From an uncultured Planctomycetales bacterium (GTDB lineage: Bacteria; Planctomycetota; Planctomycetia; Pirellulales; Thermoguttaceae), in the NCBI GenBank assembly GCA_947305735.1, contig CAMZEO010000001.1, positions 6,193-70,192 on the forward strand: a DNA stretch of 64,000 nucleotides, read 5' to 3'. Within the stretch, counting starts at the first letter, position 1, and every line of letters starts with the position of its first letter. Position numbers and translations under genes: made by a program. A model generated the notes under the pieces. The model was given only the letters and a program-made list of their open reading frames with translations. It was not told the origin of the DNA and made no database searches. Below, piece by piece: positions 29,601-41,600 of the stretch.

Positions 29601-32600
29601 CGCCGGCGACTTCGACGGAGTTGATCGCGTAAATAGCGCCGCCGTCGAGCCCCGCTTTGTTGCCGGAAATATTAGACTGACCTTTGCCGACTTTGACGTA
29701 GGTCTTGGAGTAGACGGCGCCGCCCTTGGCGCCCGCCGCGTTGCCCGCCGCAGTCAGAGAGCCTCCGACTTCGAAGGACTTGGCGTAAATCGCGCCGCCT
29801 TCGCCCGTCGCGACGTTGTTCCTGGCGACGGCGTTTCCGACGACGACGACCGCGCCGCCGGCGTTAATCGCCGCGCCCTGGTCGGACGAGTTGTTTTCCA
29901 GATCGGCGTCGCCGCCGACGTCGACGGTAGTCTTGGCGATCAAGGCTCCGCCGACGTTGTCCTTGGCGGTCGCGGAGCCGACGACGCTAATCGAGGTCTT
30001 GGACGCGAGCGCGCCGGTGTTCGTCGGATTGGAGTTGCCGTTGACGGTCAAGTCTCCGCCGACCACAACGGAGTCGGCCTGGACTCCGGAAACCTCGTTC
30101 GCCGTATTGTTGGAAATCTCGGCGTTTCCGTCGACTTTGAACTGTCCGAGAACGTTGGCCGCGCCGTAGAGTCCCGTCGCGGAGTTGCCGTTAATCGCGG
30201 CGTTTCCTCCGACCGCGACGGAATCCGCGCCAAACGCGCCGTAAGAGCCGCCCGTCGCCTTGTTGCCGTCGACGGTCAGGTCGCCGATAACGTCGAGCGC
30301 GCCGCCGACGAGCGCGGCTCCGTACGACTTGGCCTGATTGTTCGATAGACAGGCGTTTCCGCCGACCTTGACGCCGTTGGGGACGAACGTCGCGCCGTAA
30401 GAGCCGCCCGCGACGTTGCCCGACGCGATAAAGTCGCCCTTTACGTCGAGCGATTGCGCTTCGAACGCGCCGTAGTCGCCCGCCGCGCTATTGGAATTGG
30501 CGGTCAGATTTCCGCCGACGGTCGCGTCGCCGGTCGTTTTAAAAGCGCCGTAATTTCCGTTCGCGGCGGCGTTGTTGGAAATATCGGCGTCCCCGCCGAT
30601 TGCGAAATCGCCCTTGGCGAGCAACGCGCCGTAGGAACCGTCCGCCTTGTTTCCCGTCATGACGACGTCGCCCGTAACTTTGACGTAGCCGTTGGCGTAA
30701 ATCGCGCCGTAGTCGCCCTTTACTTCGTTAAGATATTCGCTCGCCTTAGCGGAGTTGTTCTTCGCGACCAGATCGCCTTCGACGTCGACGCTCTTTTCGG
30801 CGTAGATCGCGCCGCCCGCTTCCGCCGAGTTGCCGTCGAAAGAGACGGCGACGGTCGATTCGCCGCCCGGCTCGGCTTTGAAGGTCAATTTTGCGTCGGG
30901 ACCGCCGTAAACCGCGCCGCCGACGACGTTTCTTGACGCGAAGTCGACGGCTCTCGCGGCGTTGTTCGAGAAGACGCCCGCGACGACGGTCATATCGACG
31001 AGGGTGTACACCGCGCCCGCGCGTTCCGCCTGGTTCGACGTAAAGCTGGTCTTTTCAACGGACAAGGTTCCGTTTTGAGCGGCGATAGCGCCGCCCGCGA
31101 ACGCGACGTTGCCGTCGAAGGACGCGTTCTTAACGCTCGTCGCCCCGGTTGTGTCGGCGAAGATCGCGCCGCCGAAATCGGTGGCTTTGTTGTTGGAGAA
31201 GGTTCCGCCGTCGACGTCGAGCGTCCCGAAGTTGGCGACGGCGCCGCCGAGCCCTTCGGTGAGGTGATCGCCGGAAGTCGTCGACTTAATCCAGTACGCT
31301 TCGTTGTCGACAAAATCAACGTTCGTCAAGCTGAGCGAACCCTTGTTGAGGATCGCGCCGCCGATCTTGGCGTAGCCTTTGGTCATCGTCAGATCGGAGA
31401 TCGAGACGTTCGTGGCGGCGTTGATCGAGAACATATTGACGACGTTGTCGCCGCTGATCGCGACGTTCCTGTCTTCGCCCAAAATAGAGACGTCGCGATC
31501 GACGAAGACGGGCGAAGCGTCGGAACCAAACAGTCGCGTCGTTCGATCGACGACGACCGGCCCCTTGGAGGGATCGATAACGATCGTCTTGTCGCGCATC
31601 TTCGTTTCGTCGAACGTGACGTTGCAGTCGATAGTCTTGGTCAGTCTGGCGACGCCGTTTCTGACTTCGAGAGTCGCTCCGCCGACAAGCGTCACCTTGT
31701 CTTCGACGCGCGCGTGCCTCGTGGACAGGGTTCCAATCGCGAGAGACGCGAAACTCAAATCGCCGCCGTCGACGTATTCGACGACCGTTCCGTCTTCAAA
31801 GACAAACGCGCCGTTCGGATACGTCTCGTTTTGATAGTAGGTAAACTTGACGTTCGAGAATTCAAAGCTCATTCCGTCCTGCAAAACGACGTCGCCGTTC
31901 GGAGTCCTGAGAACGTTGTACGTGTAGTGCGTTCCCTCGGGAGGATTGAGGTCGACTTCGTCGACGTAGTGAATGTACTGATCCGTCTGGAGCGCGAAGG
32001 TGGCGGAAGTTCCGTCCGGATAGGTGACCGACCCGCTTTCGAGCGCGCTTTGAGGCACGCGCGCGGAATCGGGATCGACGCCGTAGGTGAAGTAACCGCC
32101 GTTGATCTGGAAGTGATAGTAAATCGGACGACCGTTGAGAAGGAACTCGTCTCCTTCTTGCAAGTCGATTTCCACGCCGTTCTTCACGACGACGTCCACG
32201 GTCTTCGTAAGCCATCCGTCGACGACCGTGAGAACCTGCCCGTTTTCGAGCGTGAAGGTCGTTCCGTCGGCGACAAGGAACGTGGAGACAAATTGATAAT
32301 CGCCGGCGGCCGCGATCGCCTCGCGCAGCGATTTTTCGCCGTCGGTCGGATCTTCGACGTCCAGCTCGGTCGTGACGACCGTGCTCGGCTCGGAGAATAC
32401 GTTGAACGTTCCGACGAACACGTTGTTGTTGTCGCCGACGTAGCCGTCTTCTTCGCCGTATTCGTAAATCGCGCCGACGCCCTCGACGTCAAGCGTCACG
32501 GTCACGGTGTACATGCCGAGCGGCAGGGCTCCGAAGTTGGTCATCATCGTCTTTTGACCGTTGACGTCGATCCAGTCGGAAACGTCGAGCCAATCGTGGT

Positions 32601-35600
32601 TGATAAAATCGGTTTGGTAGTATTGGGTCGGAAGGGTTTGATCGTAGATCGTTTCGCCCTTCGCGTTGACGCCGACTAGCTTAACGTTGAATCCGAAATT
32701 GTCGATAACGCGCGCGTCCCCGATATTCTGGACGTTGAAGTCGATGCAGACGTCGGTTCCGCCGACAAAGTACCCGAGTTCGGTCGCGACGCCGCCGACG
32801 ATCGCTTCGACGCCCCAGTAGTCGACGGAATTCGCGATAATCTCGAGATCCGGCGCGACTATCGTCTGGTATTCGAACGCGCCCATATCGACGCCGCGGA
32901 CTTCGCCTTCAATCGTCAGACCAACGCGGCGCGGATTTCCCGCAAGGTCGACCGGCGAAGAATCTAACGAGTTGGCGCCGGCGTTGACGGCGGGCGAGGA
33001 GGCTTTCAGCGCGTAATCGGCGTCGAATTCCGGATCGACTCCAAGGATTGAACGATACGCTTGAACGGTTTCGAACGCTTTCGGACCAACCTGAGCGATA
33101 TTTTGCAACAGAGAGTCGCGCAGGATCGTCGTCGCTCCATCCTCCGTGTAAATATCGTAGCCTGTTCCGGTCGCGACGTTTCCCGCGACAATCGAATTGT
33201 CGATCGTCGCCGAACCCGTTCCGGCGTTGTACAAGCCGGCGCCGTCGGCGGCCTGGTTGTCGGCGATCGTAACGTTGACGAACGTCGTCGAAGCCGCCGC
33301 GTAGACCGCGCCGCCAAGCGCGTCGGCGACGTTCTTCGCAAAGAGCGAATTCGACGCGGAAAGTCCGGCGCCCGCGTAAACGGCGCCCGCGTTCGCGGCC
33401 GCTTTGTTGGCGACAAACGAGCCGTAGGCGATCGTAATCTTGCCGTTGGCGTAAATCGCGCCGCCCGAGCCCTGAGTTTCGTTGTTGTCGAACGTCGACT
33501 TCGCCAGCGTCGCGGCGCCGTCGGCGTAGATCGCGCCGCCGTCGTCGGCAGCCTTGTTGTCGGTCGCGTTTAGTTCGCCTTTGACCTCGAAGGAACCGAC
33601 TTTAAACGCGCCGCCTTTGCCTTTCGTCGCCTCGTTTCCGGAAACGGTCGCGGAACCTTTGATCAGAACGAATCCCGTCGCGTTAATGGCGGAGCCTTCT
33701 TCCGCGACGTTGTCGGTCAAGGAGGCGTCGCCCCCGATTTCGACCGCGCCCGAGGCGTTAATGGCGCCGCCGACGTTGGCGTTCGCGTTAAGCTTGCCGC
33801 CGATTGTCAGATCGCCGCCCGTCTTGACGGAGCCTCCGACGTTGCTGGCGATCGTCGCGTCGCCGCCAATCGAGACTTTTCCGCCCGTCGCGATTCCGCC
33901 GAGGAAGTTGCCCGAAACGATCGCGTAGTCGCCGATCGTCAGGTCGCTCGCGACGTTAAGCGCGGAGCCGTCTCCCTTCGTCGAGTTTCCTACGAGTTCC
34001 AGAGACTCGACGGTCGCGGTAATTCCAAAATACGCAGCGCCGTAAGAACCGGTCGCGGCGTTGTTCGCGAATCGCGTCGCGCCGAGCGTCGCTTCCGCCC
34101 CGTCGACGGCGAGAGCGCCGACGTTCGCGGCGCTGTTTCTCTCGAACGTCGCGGTTCCCGTCGCGTTCAGCCTGCCGAGGATGTAAAACGCGCCGTAAGA
34201 CGCGGTCGCCTCGTTGTCGGTCGCGACAAGATCGCCGTTAAACGCGACGGGCGTTTCCGCGTAAAGCGCGCCTCCCTCGTTGGCGGAGTTGTTGGTAAAC
34301 TTCGCCGAAGGATTTCCGGCGTCGTCCGCGTTGAAGATCAGTCCGGATCCGTCCGCGGAGTAGACGGCGCCGCCCTGGTTCGTCGCGGAGTTGCCGTCGA
34401 AGACCGGCGAGACGAGGGTCAAGGCGCCGGCGTTGTAAATAGCGCCGCCGTCGACGGCCGTCGCGTTCTTAAAGACGGCGCCTTCGATATTGACGGTTCC
34501 GGCGTTATTGTAGATCGCGCCGCCCTTGTCCGTCGCCGAGGTCGCGTCGAACGTCGCCGTCGACGCGTCGACGGTCGTTCCGGAATGAACGGCGATCGCG
34601 CCGCCGTCTTTCGCGGAAGTTCCGACGAAAGAGACGTCTTCGAGTTTTCGGACGTTCGCCTGATTCGTTGCGTAGATCGCGCCGCCCATCCCGCTTGCGG
34701 TCGTTCCCGTAAAATTAACGTTCGCGATGGTCGCGGATCCGCCGTTGAGATGAATCGCGCCGCCGTTTGCCGCCGACGTGTTTTGGAAATCGACGTACTG
34801 AACGGCGAGCGTTCCGCCGTCGTTATAGATCGGTCCGAGATTCGCGGAATCGCCTATGAAACTCGTGAAGACGGTATTGGTCGAGGTTTCGTCGTAAATT
34901 CCCGCGACGGACGCGTCGCCAAGGTTGTAAATCAGCGCGCCTTCCGTCGCGACGTTGTTCGCAAACGAGGACGACACGATCGTCAGTTTCGCGTCCCTGG
35001 CGTTGTAGATCAGGTTGCCCTTCTCCATCTTGTTGTTCGCGAAGGTTACGTTTTGGATCGTGAGTTCGCCTTCGTTTTCAAAAATCGAGCCGGTTTGCGT
35101 CGAGGTCGCGTTGAGGAACTTGAAGTTCATAACGGTCGCGTCGCCGTCCTCCGTAATGGCGAAGAGACACGGGTCGTCGGAATTGCTCGTAATCGTCAGG
35201 TCGAGCAAGTTCCCGTCCGGATCCACGCAATCAAGCGTGAAGGTTTTATCGATGGTCAACGGTCCGTCGACGAGAACGAAGGTCGCGCCGTCGAGCTTGG
35301 GATCGAAGACGACCGCGTTCGACTCGCGCGAGACGCGTTGCATAAGCGCCTGCCCCGCTTTGTACGTGTAGGACTCGCCGTTCCAGAGAATTTCCGTTCC
35401 GGCGGCGATCTTCGTGGCGCTTCTCGCGAGGGACTTGTAGACGAACTTGCCGTTTCGGTAAACGACTTCGTACCCGTTCGAAAGCGTGACTTCCGTCCCT
35501 TCGGCCAGGTTGTACAAGGATCCGGTCGCGTCGACGTAGGAATCGGTTCGGAACGTCAGCGTTTCGCCGGAAAGCGTTATCTGATCGCCGTCGACCAGGG

Positions 35601-38600
35601 CGACGGTCGTAACTTCGGTCACGACGAAACGATCCTGCGCGTAGTGATAGACGGCGGTCGAACCGTCGGCAAGGGTGACAACGTCGCCGTCGCGCACAAT
35701 CGCGACGTCGTTCGTGGCGACTCTTCGGAACACGCCGTTGACGACCGCGACTTCCGTTCCGTCCTCGAGGGTGAACACGCCCATCGCCTGCACGGCGTCG
35801 CGGTCGTAACGTTGAACAACCTCGGTATGCGTCCAGACTCCGTCGACGAGTTCGTACTCGACGCCATTAATCGTCGCGACCGAACCTTCGCCAACCGCTA
35901 CGGTCTTGTTCTCGTCGTTAAAGTAGACGTTCTGGACGTAAGCGACGACCGTCGTCTGCGTTTCGCTCCAGGAAACTGATTCGCCGTCGGCGAAATCGTA
36001 GGGACTGAGCGCTTCGTCAAGCCATTGGGTTCCGGTGTACGTATAGGTCGTTCCGCCGCGCTCGATCGTCGTCCCGTTCGGAACCGCGACGGCGAGCCCC
36101 GTCTCCGAATCGACAAACTCGCCGTTGCCGTCGTCCCAAACGGCGACGAATTCGACGTCGTTATCGACGTAGAACTGCTCGCCGGGATAGACCTGGTAGG
36201 TCGAAGTCGTGTCGACGTAGAACTTTCCGCCCTGAACGACGTAAGTGACCCCGTTGGCCTCGAAGACGTCGCCGTCTTTAAGCGCGATTTCGCGATAGTA
36301 GAAGCTGCCGGCGTAAACTTCAACCGCCTCGCGAAGCGAAATGAGCCCGTCGTAAGGATCGACGACGTCAAGATCCGTCGTCACGACGATCGAGTCGTTC
36401 ACGGACACGGGCGATTCGACGACGTCGAAGTAGGTCGTCGTCCTGAAGAAGTTGTTGTTCTCGCGGAGTTCGGCGACGTCGTTCTTAGAATCGACGGCGT
36501 ATCCGAAGAGATAATATCCCTCTTCGTTTTGTTCGGGCAAGACGTTCTTATTGATCAAACCGGAAACGACGTCTTCTATCGAGCCGAGCGCGACGTTTTC
36601 AAGAACGACGTAGCTTGTCGACCCGTCGTAGAGGAATTCCTGGACTTCGTCCGTCGCGAGATTCGTGCAAATAATCCTGGCGGACGCGCCCGGAAGCGTT
36701 CCGTTAAGTTCGACTTTGATCGTCATGATCGGAACGCCGGCTTCCTGAGTGGCGCGCGCGTACATATCCGCCTTTTTCGAGTAGGCGTCGAACTTCCACA
36801 AGTAGACGGTCGTCTCAAAATCGTCGGTAATCTTCGCGCCTTCGTTGATGAAGGAGAGGTTCAGATAGAGGGGTTCGTCGACGAGGAAGGGCGCGATCGA
36901 CCCGGTCTGGTCGTCGACGGCGCGCGAAATAACGATCGAACTTTCCCAGTTGTTGACGACGTCGGATCCCGCCGAGGCCGGAACGTAACCCGTAAGTTCG
37001 GGCGCGTCGAGGAGTTCGTAGGCTCCGGCGTCGACCGTCGAACCGCCGACGCGCGCCTGCCCCGCGAGATCCTTGGCGAACGTCGTGAAAAATCGATTCA
37101 TGCGGAGCGTGTTGTATTTGCTCGCCTGAACGTAGGCATTCGAATAATCCAGTCTGCTTGAAAGATAGTTCGTTCCCAAATCGACCGCTTTGGAATCGGC
37201 GGAAAGACGGAAGTTCCAGAACTTCCAAAGCTCCGGCGACCAATCGGCGCGATCGTACTCGCGATAGGCGACAAAGCCCGGATCTTCGGTGACAACCAGC
37301 GAACTAACCGAGGTTCCCAACGACTTGCCGATAACGCTGAGACCGTCGGCGTTGTTCGTGTCTTGACCTCCAATCTGCGCGAGAAGACTGGCGTTCCTCG
37401 ACTCGTCGCCGATGAGCGAGCTGTACGCGTTGGTCGAGTTGCCGCTTTCGGTGTAAACGTCGGCTCCGTATCGCGCGATGTTGCCGCCGACGATCGTATT
37501 GTACATATTGATTCGCCCGCCGTTCTCAATACCGCCGCCGGAATAATCCGCCGTGTTCCCCGCGATCGTAACGTTCGCAAGGGTGGCGACGCCGCCGTCT
37601 TCGTTGTAGAGACCGCCGCCGATCGCGTTTTCCGACGTCACGATGTTCCCGACGATCGACGTGTCGACGAGGTAAAGCCATCCGTCATGTTGATTGGTGA
37701 CATTGTACTCGCCGCCCTGGTTGTAGACGCCGCCTCCGGCTTTGTACGCTCGGTTTCCGGCGATGATCGAGTTGCCGATCGTCAGCCAGCCGTAATGGTT
37801 GTAGACGCCGCCGCCGTTGTTCGTCTGCCCGACCTGGTCGTAGGTCTCTCCCTTGACGTAATCCGCCGCGACCGCGCCATCCTGAATCGCTTTCTTCGTG
37901 GCGTTCGACTCGTACCGCTCTTCGCCGACGAAGTTCGCGAGCGTCGTCGCCGCGACCGTGACGTAATACTGTCCGACGCTTCCGTAGGCGGAATACCCCG
38001 CGCCCGCGACCGTCGGATCGCCATACCCCGTCCCCTCGACGCTGAAATAATACTTTTCGCCGACCTCAAGCCCGTCGATCTGGAAATGCGCGAAGAGCGA
38101 ATCCGTCGGGTTGCAGGTATAAAGAAGAGTTCCTTCTTCGTCGTAAACTTTGACGAGCAGGTCGATATTCGTAATTCTTAAACTCGCCGCGTAGCCGTTC
38201 GCGTCCGTCCTCGAAAAATCGGCGCCGGCGCCGACGACGTCGATCACATAGGTCGGATCCGTCGCGACAAAATAGAAGAAGTCGACGTCGTCTTCGTTCG
38301 TAATAATCCCGTCCTCAACAAGATTGCCTACATTAAGGTAGGAGCTGACGAGAGCCGACGCCTCCTTTTGCGTGTCGCCGTAATCGTCTTCCTTAAAGCC
38401 GAGACGACCGGCGATGATCGAAATATCGTCCTGGGAGTTCGTCGATCCTCCGTATTCGCCCTTGCTCCACTGCGTTATCGTCGATCCGTAAGGAGAGCCC
38501 ATAATAGGTCCCCAAAGCGAGGACCCGCCGTAGTATTCGGAACTGTTGAGACCGTCGTGCCCAAGCCCCATGGTATGCCCGACTTCGTGCGAAACGGCTT

Positions 38601-41600
38601 CGGCGATGCCTTTCGCGTTCGCGGGACCGCCCGTCGAGTTCGGGAAAACGTAGCAGTCTTGCTTTTGCGTGCCGAACGAACCGACGTACGCCACGCCGCC
38701 TCGCCCGTTGCCAGTGCCGCCAATCACGACGCGAATCGCGTTCGTCGCCGCTTCGAAGACCGACTGATCGGTCGTAACGGTCACGTTGTACGGCGCGTAG
38801 TCTTCCGCGACGCGCAGATAAACTTCGTTAATGACCTCAAGTTCCTGAGCGTTGAAGGTCGTCGGATCGCCGTCGATATCGAGCGCGGGGTGAAGTTCGC
38901 CGCTCCACCCGACGTCGCCTTCTTCCAAACCGCCAAAGTACAGATAGATGACGTTCGTGGTCTCCGCGACGCCGCCCGTAATCGTGAACCCGTACATTTC
39001 GATCGTCGTGTTGTCGACGTAGACGGCGCGGAACTTCTCGTTCGCGTCGATCGTGATTCCCGGTCGGTCGTTCTCGGCGTCCCACGCGTTCATCGCGTTA
39101 AGCGTGAAGCGCTTGGGAGAGTACGGCTGGTTTTTAAGCGAAATCGAACGCGTAAAGAGGAGCGTGTCCTGAAGATTGAACGTCGAGCCGACCAGCGACT
39201 CGTTGAACGTCAGCGCGTTGCCAAGATACAAATTGCCGTTTTCAAGCCGACGACCCGCGTAGACGAACGCCTCCCGCCAGTTGAGAACGTTGTCGACCGC
39301 CGTCGAGTAGGTAAGATCGGAAACGTCGACCTGCTCGGCGTCGAGGCGGAATTTTTCGTAGCTCTCGTGCATCGAGAGCGTGTATTTGCCCAAGCTGCCG
39401 TAGTCGGAATACCCGGTCGTCGACGGGTTGCCTTCGCCGACGCCCGACACGCGAATATAGTACGTTTCGCCCGCCTCAAGTTCAGGCGTGACGAAGTGCG
39501 AGAACGTCGAATAGACGGAGTCGTCGACCGCCTGATACCCTTCCTTGAGTTTCGTCTTGGCGGCGTCAAGATAGACCGGCTTGCCAAATTGGTCGACGAC
39601 GTAGAAATAGTAATCGGAGTCGCGCAGAACGATCGACTCTCCGAAGGACAGCTTCATAATCTCGCCGTCCATGCCAAGCAACACGATCTCGCCCGTCGAA
39701 TCAAGAAGCTCGACCTTAAGGTTCAAGTTCGTGTAGGCGTAGGAGTCGGCGTAGTAGAGCCCCGCGAAAACGGCGTTTTCCGTGTCGGCGTGTTGTCGCG
39801 GCAACGTCCAGCTATAGTCGTCGTCGATGAAGCGGTCGTCGGCCCCGTCGCCGCTTACGTCGACGACGTAGGTTCCTCCGTACGACTTGAAGGAGTAAAC
39901 GTCGTAATCTTCGCGTTTTTCGATGTAACTCACGACGTTGTACGTGCCGGCGGTCGCGCTCGGCGCGTTAATGTCGATATCGACGTAATAGTCGCTTAAC
40001 TTGGCGGCCGTTTCGATCGTGTCGCCAATCGCGTCGGCGCGATACCCGACGTTGGACGCAATAATCGCGATATCGTCCTCGAGTTGGGTGGCGCCGACGT
40101 ATTCGCCCTTGCTCCACTGGGTAATTTCGGAGTAGTAGCCGACGCCCATAATCGGCCCCCAAGTGACGTTGCCGCTGTATTCGCCGTCGTAGTAATCGCT
40201 GTGTTCGTAGCCGTCGTGATGCAACCCCAGCGAATGCCCCACCTCGTGCGACGCCGCTTCCGCAATGTTCTTTGCGCTCAAGCCGAGATTGTACGGATAG
40301 ACGTAGTTGTCGATCTTAGACGCGCCAAAAGAACCGATATTGGAGACGCCGCCCGAGCTTTCGGTAGGATCAAAACCGCCAATGACGCAACGAATCCCGC
40401 GGGAAGCCGACTGCCAGACCGCCTCGCTCGTCGTGACGTTGACGTTAAAGGGCGCGTAATCTTCGGCGACGCGACGCCAGATCTCTTCGATCATCTTGAG
40501 TTCCGCCGCGCCGTACCCCGCCGAGTTGTCCAGAGTGAACGCGGGGTGCTCGTAACCGTCCCAACCGGTTCCTTCGACGCCGCCGAAGTAGAGGTAGATA
40601 ACATTGTCCGTGTTTCCCGGCATACTTTCCAAGGACAAAACGGAATTTTGGTTGACCTCAACGGACGATAGATTCGCGTTATATTGTTGCAACCACGAAA
40701 AACCGAGAACTCTCGACGTGTACGTCGTGTACTGCTCGTTGTTTCTTCCGTAGAAGCAGAAACCCTCGGGAAAATTAATCGCGCCCTGCACGTTTCCGTT
40801 GCCGTCGAGATAGGTGTACGGCGCGTGAACAAGACGCAGGTCGGAACCGGAACCGCTTAAAAGGTAGGTGTGATACGTGTCGTAAACGTCGCCTCTCGTA
40901 GAATCTTCTTCCACGTAGTGCGTCAAGGTCACCGTTCTGCTCGGATTGGTCTCGTTGTTGTAGCGCGTGTCCGTAACTCTCTGTTCGTAGGCGCTCTTCG
41001 TCGGATTCGAGCAGATAAGGCCGACGGTCGTCGCCGCCCCGTTGTTTGTTCCGTTACTACCGTATCTAACAAGAGTGTCGGCGTTATACACGTATCCCCA
41101 AACGGAAACGTATTCGCGCCACACATTGCCGTGATTATCGCTCGTTTGGACTTCCATTGTCACGGCGTTCCCTTTGCGGAGAACGCTGAGCATCTCCTGA
41201 AGCATCGTGTCGCTGGCCCTCGTGTAGCCGCCTACTTTGCCAAAGTCGATCGTCTGGAAGAATCCGCCCCCTTCGATCGTGTTCGTAAGCGCGGAATAGT
41301 TGTTGCCGAAGCAATCTTCGTCGTTTCCGGAGAAAAAGTAATCAAGTATGCTTGCCGCGGTAATATTCCAGTTGTACGCGGTTCCCGCGCCCGTGTTGAT
41401 AAAGCCGTTCATAAGGTAGGCGGCGACGGCGTCTTCAACGCTGTTATAGGAGGCGTAAGTTCCGTCCGAAAGCCTCATCCTCGTCGAAAAGCCCGCTTGT
41501 TGCGCCCAGCCGGTATACGCCAGCATATTGGCGACCGTCCCGACCCATCCGGCGCTGCCGACGCTTTCGGCGTCGTAAATTATGTTCCCGTTGTTAAGTC

